39,788 bases of DNA. It comes from Rozella allomycis CSF55. Lineage: Eukaryota. The position numbers and the translations under genes were made by a program. This document shows, one piece after another, positions 1-10,982 of the stretch. The stretch covers positions 1 through 39,788 of the forward strand of contig KE561063.1 of NCBI GenBank assembly GCA_000442015.1, written 5' to 3'. Every line of letters starts with the position of its first letter. Positions within the stretch are counted from its first letter, which is position 1. The notes beneath the pieces are model-generated. The model was not told where the DNA came from. It searched no databases and saw only the letters and a program-made list of their open reading frames with translations.

Positions 1-691
1 CCAGTAGTTGGGGCTGCCGTAGATCCAAATGTTGTTCCAGATGCTGGCGCAGCAGTGCTTCCAAATGTTGTTCCAGTAGTAGGTGCAGTAGATCCAAACG
101 TAGATGGTGCAGTTGAAGAGCCAAACATATTTCCAGTAGTTGGTGCTGCGGTACCTCCAAATGTTAAAGGTGCAGAAGATCCGAATGCAGTTCCAGTATT
201 TGTGTTCCCAAATGTTCCAGTTGACGGAGCACTAGTAGATCCAAAAGTAGATGGCGCTGTTGTATTCCCAAATGCCCCAGTTGCAGGAGCTGCACCAAAN
301 CCAAATGCCCCAGTTGCAGGAGCTGCACCAAAAGCACTCCCGCTGCTGTTAGTATTATTAGTTCCAAAAGTTGCGCCTGTTGTAGTCGGAGCCCCAAATA
401 AACCTGATGATGTATTTCCCGTTTGTTGCGTGTTGAAACCACTTGCCCCTGAGTTTGCAGTTGTCGAAGTTCCAAAGAGTGAATTTCCAGCTTGATTTGA
501 ATTACCACCAAATGAAAAACCGGTGGACGCTGCAGGAGTACTATTTGAACCAAAAGAAAATCCTGGCGTAGTGCTTGTTCCTGAATTGTTATTTCCAAAC
601 GAAAATCCAGTTCCAGTGCTTCCGGTTTGTCCAAAGCTAAATGTTCTTTTATACAAAGAATTGTAGATTACTTTTTTGAAGGGTCTGTCAT
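1..691 (-). CDS. FG-repeat nucleoporin, N-terminal part (Nsp1/Nup62-like); runs off the window
   Basis: ATG at 691 and a 26-nt GT..AG intron (646-671) give MTDPSKKTFSFGQTGSTGTGFSFGNNNSG...; many FSFG/LFG/TFG repeats in S/T/G/A/N-rich spacers. The ORF track missed this frame. Confidence 0.85.
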
Positions 692-822
692 TTCTAGAGT
701 TTCTGAAATTTCTAACCGAAGCCTTTGGTGGTCATATAAAAAGGAAAATAATGTCATTCAATTTTTTAATATTCTGCATGCTTTGCAAAAGAACCTCCAG
801 TTTTTGGAGAAATTTACTAAAA

Positions 823-1632
823 ATGAACAACACATTTGTACAAAAGTTGACACGTAATGCTAAATTCCAGAAGGCAGTTAAAGAACCCAAAACAATCGTT
901 CATTTTTGTATGCCGCACGAAACAGCAATTCGACATACTCCAGCTTTGGCGACATTTCTTAAAGTGCTTCCTTCTATGAGCAATTTGAAGGTCCTGGATT
1001 TAGATGGTTGTCTTATCGGTGACAATGGCGTGAAACTTCTTGTTGATTGCTTGAATGAATCCAAACTACGACTAGAAATATTGAATCTTTCTCAGAATGA
1101 CCTGGATTGTGATGGATTTAATTATCTGAGCGAAATGTTTCATAGTAGGGCAAAATTAAAAGTTCTACACCTTTATCATAATCCACTTAATATGGAAGGA
1201 AATAAGAATATAGGCGCATTCCTGAGGGCAGTCTCATTATCTGAAACAATTGAAAAAATCGACTTTCAGCATTCCTATATTCTCGAAAATGATGCAAATT
1301 TAGATGTAGTCGAAGATATTATTTTGTTTTGCCCTTCATTGTCGTTATGTGAAATTGAATTTGGACCGTCACCTGATATTGCTGTTCACCGTTGTCGAAA
1401 AGCCCATAAATCACGAATGGCAAATGTCCACATTCTGCAATCATTTGAATTTTTCAGGAGAACGTTTTATGATGTATTCCCTCCTGAAGTATGGCTAAAC
1501 ATAGCCAGATACACGTTTGCATCTCAGCGACTTGGAAAGAAATATCTAGACTATTGTTTTGCCAATAAGCATAAAGAAATAACAGAATTTAGTAGAGAAG
1601 TTAAGGAAATTAAACTCTCATTTCTTCAATAA
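823..1632 (+). CDS. RNI-like leucine-rich repeat protein, intronless
   Basis: LKVLDLDGCLIGDNG, LEILNLSQNDL, LKVLHLYHNPL repeats. Start at 823 (MNNTF) is my choice; an in-frame ATG at 751 is an alternative. Confidence 0.75.
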   Translation: MNNTFVQKLTRNAKFQKAVKEPKTIVHFCMPHETAIRHTPALATFLKVLPSMSNLKVLDLDGCLIGDNGVKLLVDCLNESKLRLEILNLSQNDLDCDGFNYLSEMFHSRAKLKVLHLYHNPLNMEGNKNIGAFLRAVSLSETIEKIDFQHSYILENDANLDVVEDIILFCPSLSLCEIEFGPSPDIAVHRCRKAHKSRMANVHILQSFEFFRRTFYDVFPPEVWLNIARYTFASQRLGKKYLDYCFANKHKEITEFSREVKEIKLSFLQ

Positions 1633-1679
1633 ATTAAATTTTGTGACTACAATTTAAGCAATTTTCTGATATCTAAATT

Positions 1680-2428
1680 ATGACCACCCAAGAACAGCAT
1701 CAGAGTAACATTGACAAGATGGTGTTTTCGAGAGCTCACTTTAAATGTATGGCCAATGTAGAAGCTGCAATTAAGAACGGTATTGGGCATTTTAGTTTTG
1801 CAATCTATAGATCCTGGAATTACATATTTGGTACAAGCAATTAATGCTGCTGGTTGTAAATTCAGCTTAAAGCAAATCGTATGTACCGACGAAATAGGGA
1901 ACAAATTTGGTGGGGCGATGAAAAGAGTCTTTCCAGAAGAGAACGAGCCGAAACCTATGATACCTGATATGTCCAAAGATAAAGTAAACTTCAAATTATA
2001 GTGAAGAACTAGATATTAATTAACCAAGACTATGCTGGCATTGTTGATGAAGGAATTACAATTAGGCATGAATTGATTCACGCATTTGATCATTGTCGCA
2101 TTAAGGATCTAAATGAGAACGATTGTTACAAAATTGCATGCACAGAAGTAATGATAATTATTTATTTTCAAAGGTTAGGGCGGCAAATCTTAGCGGAGAG
2201 TGTAAATTTACCAAAGAGTTTATGGGTGCGACAAAGTATTCATTAAGTTTTTTGGGGCGGAAAGTATCATGTGTTAGAAGAAATGCTATCAAATCTTTGA
2301 TGGGGTTACCTCAGTGCGCATTAAAGGCGCATGAATTTGTAGACGCAGTGCTGACATCGTGCTACTTGGACACAGCACCTCTTCCGTCAGTCTTCGACTA
2401 TCCGACGCCTGAAACATCAAGTGAATAA
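1680..2428 (+). CDS. ATP23: Mitochondrial inner membrane metalloprotease Atp23 (M76)
   Basis: Spliced from short exons; HELIHAFDHCR (HEXXH) near 2067-2099, ACTE/VRAANLSGEC, CVRRNAIKSL, CYLDTAP. Confidence 0.9.
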
Positions 2429-2453
2429 AATTAAATATAGTAGTTATTTATAT

Positions 2454-2894
2454 TTATGATTGGGGCTTTTCAATGCTTTTGATTTGTTCTTGATATGATT
2501 TCAAATCAATTCCTCTTTCTAGAAGAATTCTCTGTTTAGCCCTCACAACTTTGGCTTGTAAATAAAATGATCCATTGACGGACTTATCATTGACCTTATA
2601 TAAATGTTGGTATCTTTTTTCAATTTCTTCTATATTTGCATCATCTTTAACATTCAAAATTTTCAAGGCCTCGTCTAGTTGCATTCCTGTGACACTGTAT
2701 CCTGAATTTGATTTTGATGATGCGCCCTGATTAGGCTTTGCGGCGTCTTTTTACACAGAAATTTTAACCTTACTAACTATTGCTTGTTTATATGCTGATG
2801 AAAGTGCTCTACCTAAAATAGTTGCACTTGATATCAAAAGTCTGGCGAATAATTTTCCACTCTAAACTTTTCTTTTTAATATTAAACTTACCAT
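2454..2894 (-). CDS. PAM16: Mitochondrial import motor subunit Pam16/Tim16
   Basis: ATG-only first exon, then SGKLFARLLISSATILGRALSSAYKQA..., MQLDEALKILNV, NDKSVNGSFYLQAKVVRAKQRI (J-like domain). Confidence 0.92.
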
Positions 2895-3052
2895 TTTAGG
2901 TACAATAGATATAAATTAAGGAAACGGAAATGTCGTTTCTGAAAATTCAGTTTCTATAACGGGAGGACTTCAAAATTTGATGCAGACATGTATTATGAGA
3001 CAACTGTTATCCCTTAAAATAATATATCAACATTTTCATTAAAGATTGTTTA

Positions 3053-4549
3053 TTAAAGGAATTTAGCGTAATAGTCTTGTGTTTTTCGATTCTTTATTTC
3101 GGAAATCACATATCTTATGTTATTTGTATTCAATTCACTAGATAATTTTTGGGTCGTGTCACTAAATGGGAATATCTTGCGAAACTGACCAACTTCGAAT
3201 GGGTGTCTTTGGTTAGGTTTGAAATTATCACGTTTTGCCTTTTTTGTTGGAATAGCCTGATTAGTTTTTGTATTTAGAGATGTTATTGAAGTTTTGCTTC
3301 TGCTAATAGCCGGAAGACTTTGCTTTTCTTCCACCTCATTTTCATTTTCTAATAGATCCAGGATATCATTCAGTAGAGGCTGTTTTTTTTAAAAATCATG
3401 TTGTTACTGCCTTAATTTGCAGATCAACGTCACAATCGATGGTTAGAGCCGGACTAAAATTAACCTCCAGAATCCAAGGTTTCAAGTTTTGGTCAATTAT
3501 AATGTCTATAATTAAGAGACATCACTTTTACCGAACCCATACAATTCAAAGCAATTGGTAACTTTTGGTATTTCTTGTGCTATCGGTATTATAGTTAATA
3601 GAATGATGTTTATAATTTTGCACCAAATAGGTTTGAAATCAATGCCACACGCTTCAAGATGTCGACGCAATTTCTTTAACGTCCATTTGCAACCATTCCC
3701 AATTCCATCCTTATTCTTATTTAAATTTGGCGAAAACTTATTGATGGAGGTGTTGGTCAGATGAGAAAACACGTTATCGAGTCTATTTTCACAAAATCTA
3801 TGACTAATAATGAAATCTAATACTTTTCTGTCGCAAATCGGGCCATACCCTCTTCGTATATGTAAATGACCAACGGATGATAGCTGGTCACTATAACATA
3901 ACATCGAAGATCAAACTTGTATCCTGAAACTAAAAGAGCATTCTTGATATATCTTTGTAACACAGTACTATAAGATTAATTATATCATGATACTTTCCTG
4001 CATATGTCAGCTCGTGTAAGTTTTTAAAGAGGAAAATACCTTTGCCTTGTGATTGATCTGGAGGTTTACAAAGCCATATCGCCTATAAGTTATCGTTTGT
4101 TTAAATTTACATTTTCGTTAATGTCCTTATCTTTTGCATAAACAGATAGAAATTTTTTGTATTCATTTGGGATGATAAATGTTTCAGGGAAAAAATCGTA
4201 AATACTTCCATGGACCATTTTTAAGCGCCTTAATATTCGAAAAAGAGAATCCTTTAACAAAATCAACAAACATTTACCTTCCTAGTCATCATTATTGACC
4301 TCGGAAAGTGATTCAGCTTTTGGTGATCTTGAAGATTTTCGTATTCTAATTTCGTGTATCTACTGCCTTTCCAAGTTAAATTCCAATATGGACTTTGATT
4401 TTCAATGTATTCTTTCCACCCTATTCAATCGGGAACTCTAATGTACCCCTTGACTCCAATATCTGTTTTAATAGCTCTGGTCCGTTTTCAGATATTCTAT
4501 AATATTTATCTTCTTTATCTGGTTTGGAATGGAGGTAATTTTTTAACAT
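3053..4549 (-). CDS. Tubulin-tyrosine-ligase family polyglutamylase, TTLL2-like
   Basis: Multi-exon; [71 protein letters not shown] motifs. Confidence 0.85.
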
Positions 4550-4607
4550 TCAATAGTTGTCATGGAGATGTAGAGTGAAATGTAAGTGCTTTAGAAAATT
4601 CGTTTAT

Positions 4608-7530
4608 TTAAAAGGTTTCGTCTGTGTGAACATCCGTATCTTTTCCATTGATAATAAAATTTTCATTTTCATTAATGGCGACATTGCTGTAACTGCGAGA
4701 ATCAACCAATGTGGTCGGCTCAAAACCAGTCAATCCTTTAAGCCAGTAAGTAGTTGCCAAAAATATGTTAATTTAAACTCTTACCTTCACTTTGGGATCA
4801 GTCCTTTTTTCAGTAATAAATGGGCCCAAAGAATGTAATAATTGATTTGTTTTCTCTGATATTTGAATGCTCATGGGTTCCGAAGTGCTTTCCATCTTAG
4901 ATGCAAACGTAACTGTTTCTCCAAACAGACAGTAACGCGGCATTTTTATACCAACTACACCAGTTACAACAGGACCTACTTTTACAAACGAAATGTTGCA
5001 TACCAGAGTGTAAACCGATTCTAATCCTCAATTGATAATCTGGCATATGAGGGACTTTAAATCTCTTTATTCCTTCAAGCAAATGTAATGACATTTTAGC
5101 GATTTCATAAGCATGTTTATCTCCATTTCTTTTCGGTAACCCGGATGCAACCATATAGCTATCACCTATTGTCTCTACTTTATAAACGTCATATTGTTCT
5201 ATTATCTCGTCAAACATGGTGTAAAGATCGTTTAATAAATGGACAATTTGCACTGGTGAACTTTGACTAGAAAGAGTAGTATATCCAACAATGTCTGAAT
5301 AGAAAATAGTGCACATGTCAAAGTTTTCGGCCGGAATTGTTTCCCCTGCTTGAAGACTATCAACTATTTGTGCAGGAAGAATTTGCTTCAAAAGATTTTT
5401 GGCTTTTTTCTTTGCGGTACCGAGATCTGCAATTATTGATTTTACTTGATCATCTTTGGCTTTATACAATCTTTCCTTTTCTTCCTTTTCAAGCTTTATT
5501 CTTGTGAGATCTCTTACAATACCAGTAAATACACGAAAATCAGCTTCCTTTACCTCACTTAAAGAAAGACTTATCGGAAATAGTGTCCCATCTTTTTTCT
5601 TAGCAGTTACCTCTCTTGTTTTACCGACGACCTTTTTGATTCCAGTAGAAAGATAATTGGATATATATTGATCATGTTGAATAGCATGTTCCTGGGGCAT
5701 TAAGATACTCACATTTTGGTTTACCACTTCTTCCGATTTATAACCAAACATTAATTCCGCAGCGGGATTAAATCTTTGTATGATTCCTTCTGTTGTGATT
5801 CCTATAACTCCGTCAAGCACCGTGTTCAGTACAGATTGAAGCAGTTGTTTCTCCATCACCATCTTCCGTTCTGCCTGTCGCATGTTTGCATCCATTTGCG
5901 TTTCCCTCATCTGAACATTTATTATTTCATCAATTTCATTCTTTTGGGAAGTTCTTAGTGCTTTTATATCATGTTCATGATATTGGTCCAATAAGATTAG
6001 CGCTTCAGTATGTTGGACCTTTAGCTGTGATAGTTCTTGGCCTTGTTTCGCTTTTAAATCATTGAGTTGACGCCTACTTTTATTGATCAGTTCTTCGTGA
6101 TTATGGTGCAAATCTTGTAACTGGGATTCCAAGTTCTTTATTTGGGTGTCGTTTTCTCCTCTATCGAATGCCATGTCCATATCACTTGCAGCGCCATCGA
6201 AAACTGATAATTCGTCCATTTTCGAACTTGACATTGATCTTGCACTCAGCCTGGAAGAGTTGTCGACTCTATTCTTCATATCTTTCATTGCAAGAGGCTC
6301 TGGAACTTCATCATCTTCACCTTCCTCGATTATATTATCTTCAGAAGAGCTCAACATGTTTAATTGCCACCTTTTAGCTCTAACTGAAGATTGGGTCTTG
6401 TGATCGTTCAACAGGACTTTCATTTGAGCTTTGTGGGTTAACTTCATCTTTTTAATCTCCGCAGCATGTTCAGCCTTTAATTTAAGAAGTTTTATACTTT
6501 CTTGAAGTGATAACATCTTATCCTTGCTGGCATGAATTTGAATTTGATCTGACCGAAGAGCATCCTGATAAGCGACAGAGTGGGAAAGCTGTAACATGTG
6601 GGCTTCTTCAAAAAATGAGTCTTCTTTTTCAATTCTCTCATGTCTTTGTCTTAGCTCTAGCGCTTGCAACTCCCTTAACTGCTCACCTTTCTTTTTGTTA
6701 ATAGACTTCAATTGTGCCACTGTAAACTCAAACTCTTTTCTTTTGTCCTCCTTTTCTTCTTCTTTTAAGTGTCTTATTTCAAATTCAAATAGCATTCTTT
6801 GATTGGCTATATGTCGTTCTTGTTCTGCTTCCCTTTGCTTTTGTTGCCGTGAATGATGAGCTTCGACATGGAGAATAAGTGCATCGTTTCCTGCTCTTCT
6901 TTCTTTGATTGTTTGCTTTAACGATACATATGCATTTTTGGCAGCCACCTCTCGATGTATTCTTTCTGTTTGACTCTTAATTTCTCTATATTGTTCTTTT
7001 TGCATTTTCTTTTGATTTCTTCGCTCAATCCGTTCTTTTATCAATTTTTCATGAAGCTCCCTCTTTTCTTGCAATTCAAACTGTTGCCTCTCCAATAGTT
7101 TCGAGACTTCCATTTCATTGCGACTTTTGCAAAAGGCCTCCTCTTCTTTTTTGGCAAATTCCATTTCAGCTAACTGTATTTGTTGAGCTATAGCATCAGC
7201 TTCTATTCTTAAGTTCTTTGCTAATTCAATGGCCATGTTTGTTTGTTCCTTTCTTTGTGAGGCGGCAAGGGCTAACTCATGCGATACAAGATGAGAAGAA
7301 GAGTTTTCCTGGATTGAGGGTGAAACGGATATGTCATTTAAGGGTTCAGTCTTTTTCTCAGGTATTTCTTTCAGATAATCAATGGATTGCAACATTTTGT
7401 CTAGTGAAAGGGATTGTGATCGGTCATTAAGCCCTTGGCTCTGCGTGTTGTCAACTGAAATAGTACCGAGGAATGATTGCCTTTTCTTATTCCCAGAAAT
7501 TCTTCTTGGTAATGGTTCCGTTTGACTCAT
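4608..7530 (-). CDS. Soluble guanylyl cyclase-like protein: long coiled coil + FixL-type heme PAS + class III cyclase
   Basis: [40 protein letters not shown]; cyclase [57 protein letters not shown] (intron 4976-5003), final TYWLKG. The 3' end depends on a non-canonical intron at 4758-4784. Confidence 0.88.
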
Positions 7531-7586
7531 TAAAAATATAGGCGGTATCCAAGATAAACGATGTAACAACACCTTATAAATTTTAT

Positions 7587-8359
7587 TTAACTTTGCAAAT
7601 GAACTGTGTTATTCTTAGTCCGTACTTCCAATTCTTTTAAAATCTGTAGGAATTTTGTATTTGTGATTTTAGGCATTGCAGATTCCCAAAAACTACCGAA
7701 ATCAATTTGGTACTCTACAATATCGAAACTCCATACTTACTTTCTTTGTATGAAAAGGCTTGCAGGAGCATTTCCAACTTGTCTATTTGTTTGACAAATT
7801 GGGACTCTGATGTGCGTCCTTCCTCGTATTCAAAATACAATTCTTTAATTAATTGAAATCTAGTACCGACCAGATTATTCATTAACAATATTGCATCCTG
7901 TTGGAAAAACAAACAATATAGTACCTTTTCAAGATCATGCTTAACTGAAAACTTTGGATCATGCGGAGTAATGTCACCGACTATAGCTTCGGCGAGATCG
8001 TGAACCGCGGCAATCATGACACACTTTGATACATCTAAATCTCTTCTATCTTGTTCGAAGAGCATAGCAATAATAGCCATTCGATGCATATGATCTGCAA
8101 TAGATTCAGGATTTGGAACGCCCTTGCGTACCCACCCAGTTCTCTTTTCACTCTAATTTAAGAGATCAAACTGTAAAGTTACCTTCAAAGTTTCAATCAA
8201 TAGCAGAAAATCAACCATTCCTTTAACATTAAATTCAGACACATCCTCATGGCTCTCTAACTTGGTTTTAGCCAACTTTTGATGTAAAGATGGAGAATGT
8301 TTGGTAAGATTTAAAAGCTCGTTTAGTTCTGAAGCGTCAAGCGAAACGTTAAATTTCAT
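7587..8359 (-). CDS. HDDC2: HD-domain 5'-(deoxy)nucleotidase, HDDC2/YGK1/YBR242W family
   Basis: LK|SEKRTGWVRKGVPNPESIADHMHRM, VHDLAEAIVGDITP, FVKQIDKLEMLLQA; three short introns. Confidence 0.9.
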
Positions 8360-8398
8360 GAAAAAGGTAAAACTCTCCACATGAAAAAGGAAGTAAAT

Positions 8399-10846
8399 TT
8401 ATTTCATTATCTCTGGAAATTTATATGGAATGCCGACGTCTTCTTCTTCCTTTTTAGATTTCCAATAGTCCTTGTTCATCTTTAAGTTTTCCATCACTTC
8501 AGGCATCGGTAAGTAGTTATTGAACGCATCAAAAATTGGCCAGCAAATAAAATCGATAAATCCAACCTGTGCAGCGGCAACTTTAGCAGTATCACGATCC
8601 ATAAAAGGAGAAATTGGAAGACCCAATTTCTTTTCTTGATCTCCTTGATTGAAAAACTCATCTATGCACATCTTGCTCCATCTTAAATGAGTTTTCAAAG
8701 GTCTTGTTGGATGATTTACGTCACCACATTTAACAAGAACCTTGCATAAAACCAATTTGTCATCCATCTTATTTTGTGGCTGGAAATCTTCTTTTTGGGC
8801 GATCTATGTGAATCAAAATCTTAATATATACCTTTGCTTTAAAGGTAGAAACGAATTGAAAATGTAAACTAAGATCTGTTGCGAGGACGCATTCAATGAC
8901 CCATTGTCTAAACTGCTTAAAGTCCGCCTTGGAAAGACCTGCGAGAAAGTTATTTCCAGCTTTTTCCATAATCAAGAAGGAGGCAGAAACGTGATGATTT
9001 TCTAAGACTGACTTATCATTGTACAACAAAGCTTTGGGATCAGAACTATTGATGAGGAAATTGTTATTGACACCAGGGTGGTCATAATCATGAATCGCTG
9101 CTGCGATGTAAATAATTAATTGATCTAAAGGATTAAGTAGATCAATAAAAAACTCATCAGCCATGTAGTATTGAACTGCCTGGAGAACGTCCGCAGCATG
9201 CATGTGATTGTGGTCTATAATATTACAATTAATAAATTACATGGATTCGATTTGTGGTAGTTAGCTTGAATGTTTGACAAGAAATTTATGAATTTAAGCG
9301 GATCTATGTGAAAATTCTGTATCAATCCATTTTGAGTGAAAAAATGAAATCCAAGAACAAGAAGAGGGCTTTCTTTCGATATAAAATTAAAATCTAAGGC
9401 GGTGAAATCCCATTTGAGAACGTTCTCTAAAGCATTTCGGCACTGAACGATTTCTTCTTCCTGTAATTTCAAAACTTCTTTTAAAACAGTATTTAATGCA
9501 GAGTCTCCTCCAAGATATTTGCTTCCAATTTGGCTTCCTCTCACTAATGTAGTTAAGCCCTGTGAACTTCCTTTCGGACTTACGTCATTGTTTTTCTTTT
9601 TGCTGGCTAGTTCAGTAAACAGCCATTGCTAATTGTAAAATTAAAACAATTTTACTTGCGTGTTAAGATCTAATTTCACTTGATTGTCTTTGACCTGTGC
9701 TGCTAAATCAGGGGCCAATAGGTCTGGAGATTTTAATAGGCCTTGAACGTCACAAATACATTGAAATACAAACCTATCCAACGATGGCTGATTTAATAGC
9801 TGGCTAAGTATGCTTTGAGCTTTCTGCAGCGGATTAGAGAAGTCAGCGCCGTCGACGTTCATATATGAATTCTTTATAACATGTAATTGGTCTTTCAGGT
9901 TCTTATTTTTTTCATCCAAGTGATCTGCCTGAAGGAAAATTGATCTTGCGAATTTCTCCGATTCCCATACTAAAAAGTTAGTGATGATCCAAGCACAAAC
10001 AGCGAATGCTGATGTCAATGTCATATTACTGACTTCTCTGAATGATAATTGAATAATGAAAGCGACCAATAGGATGGTCGAAGAGGCAAGAGTATAGATA
10101 AAGCGAATTCTATATAGTAAATGCAATGCAAACAGTATTAATGTGAAATTTAAAGCTTCAAAACTATTAGATAATCTTGAATAGTCAACTATTCTTGGCC
10201 TAATAACCGTTTGAGAAATTGTAACACACAATATAATAAAGACACCGATATGTTGCATATAATTTTCCATGATTTTTGGCCGTCTTGATGCTAATATCCC
10301 TATAATTATCGGGAGTTCTATTCCTAACGAAACGAGCAGCGCATCAGGGGTGGAAGAGTATACACTACAAGTCTTATCATCTTTACACGGTGAGCAAAAC
10401 CACCCTGTCGGACAAAAGTTTGGATTAGATCGAATGTAGGACTCTGTTAAAGCAATTGTATTGACCCACGCCTTGCTCTGAATTTGACTTCCAAGAATTG
10501 CAATTATGTAAAAGAGAGCAAAGATAACTGCCAATATATAGGAAAAGTTTCGCCAAGAAGAAAGAAATCTGCCTACAAAAAATTTTCTAAATTTTTCTTC
10601 ACGTGTCGGATCTAAAAATGCTAATGTGTATTTGTTTCTCTCGAAATCATTGAAATTTAAGCTTTTGGTAGATAATCCGTTTTTTAATGGGATGGCATGC
10701 TCCGTATTATTGATCGGAATTTTTGAAACCAAAGGTATAGGCAAAGGTGGCTCTCTTATTGTAGGCAAGAGAATTGAATTTGCAGGCGCAGATTTTCTTC
10801 TTAATTGTTGTAAGCCTTGAGCCCCCGTTTGAGCTTGGAGTGACAT
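8399..10846 (-). CDS. Class I cyclic-nucleotide phosphodiesterase with an N-terminal ~6-TM domain
   Basis: Spliced YHNHMHAADV, AAIHDYDHPGVNNNFL, VLENHH, LATDL, KCGDVNHP, EFFNQGD, QVGFIDFI; six hydrophobic segments in 9950-10560. Confidence 0.9.
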
Positions 10847-10982
10847 GACCGATACAAAAACTCGCTCACGACGATGGTAACCAAGCAATTTTGATATAAA
10901 GAGTTATAACTTTTATGCATCAAATATTTTATATGAATTAAGGGTATTCTCCATTTATGAAAATTCTGAGAGAAATGTAAAG

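Noticed and set aside
55-634. Pro/Val-rich + strand ORF (55-495) and Leu/Gln-rich - strand ORF (164-634)
   Set aside because: Antisense and off-frame shadows of the FG-nucleoporin repeats.
5456-7430. Several short + strand ORFs within the cyclase gene
   Set aside because: Antisense shadows of coiled-coil codons, with no independent signals.
9930-10640. Rhodopsin-PDE fusion
   Set aside because: Only about 6 TM segments and no retinal-binding Lys motif in a seventh helix.
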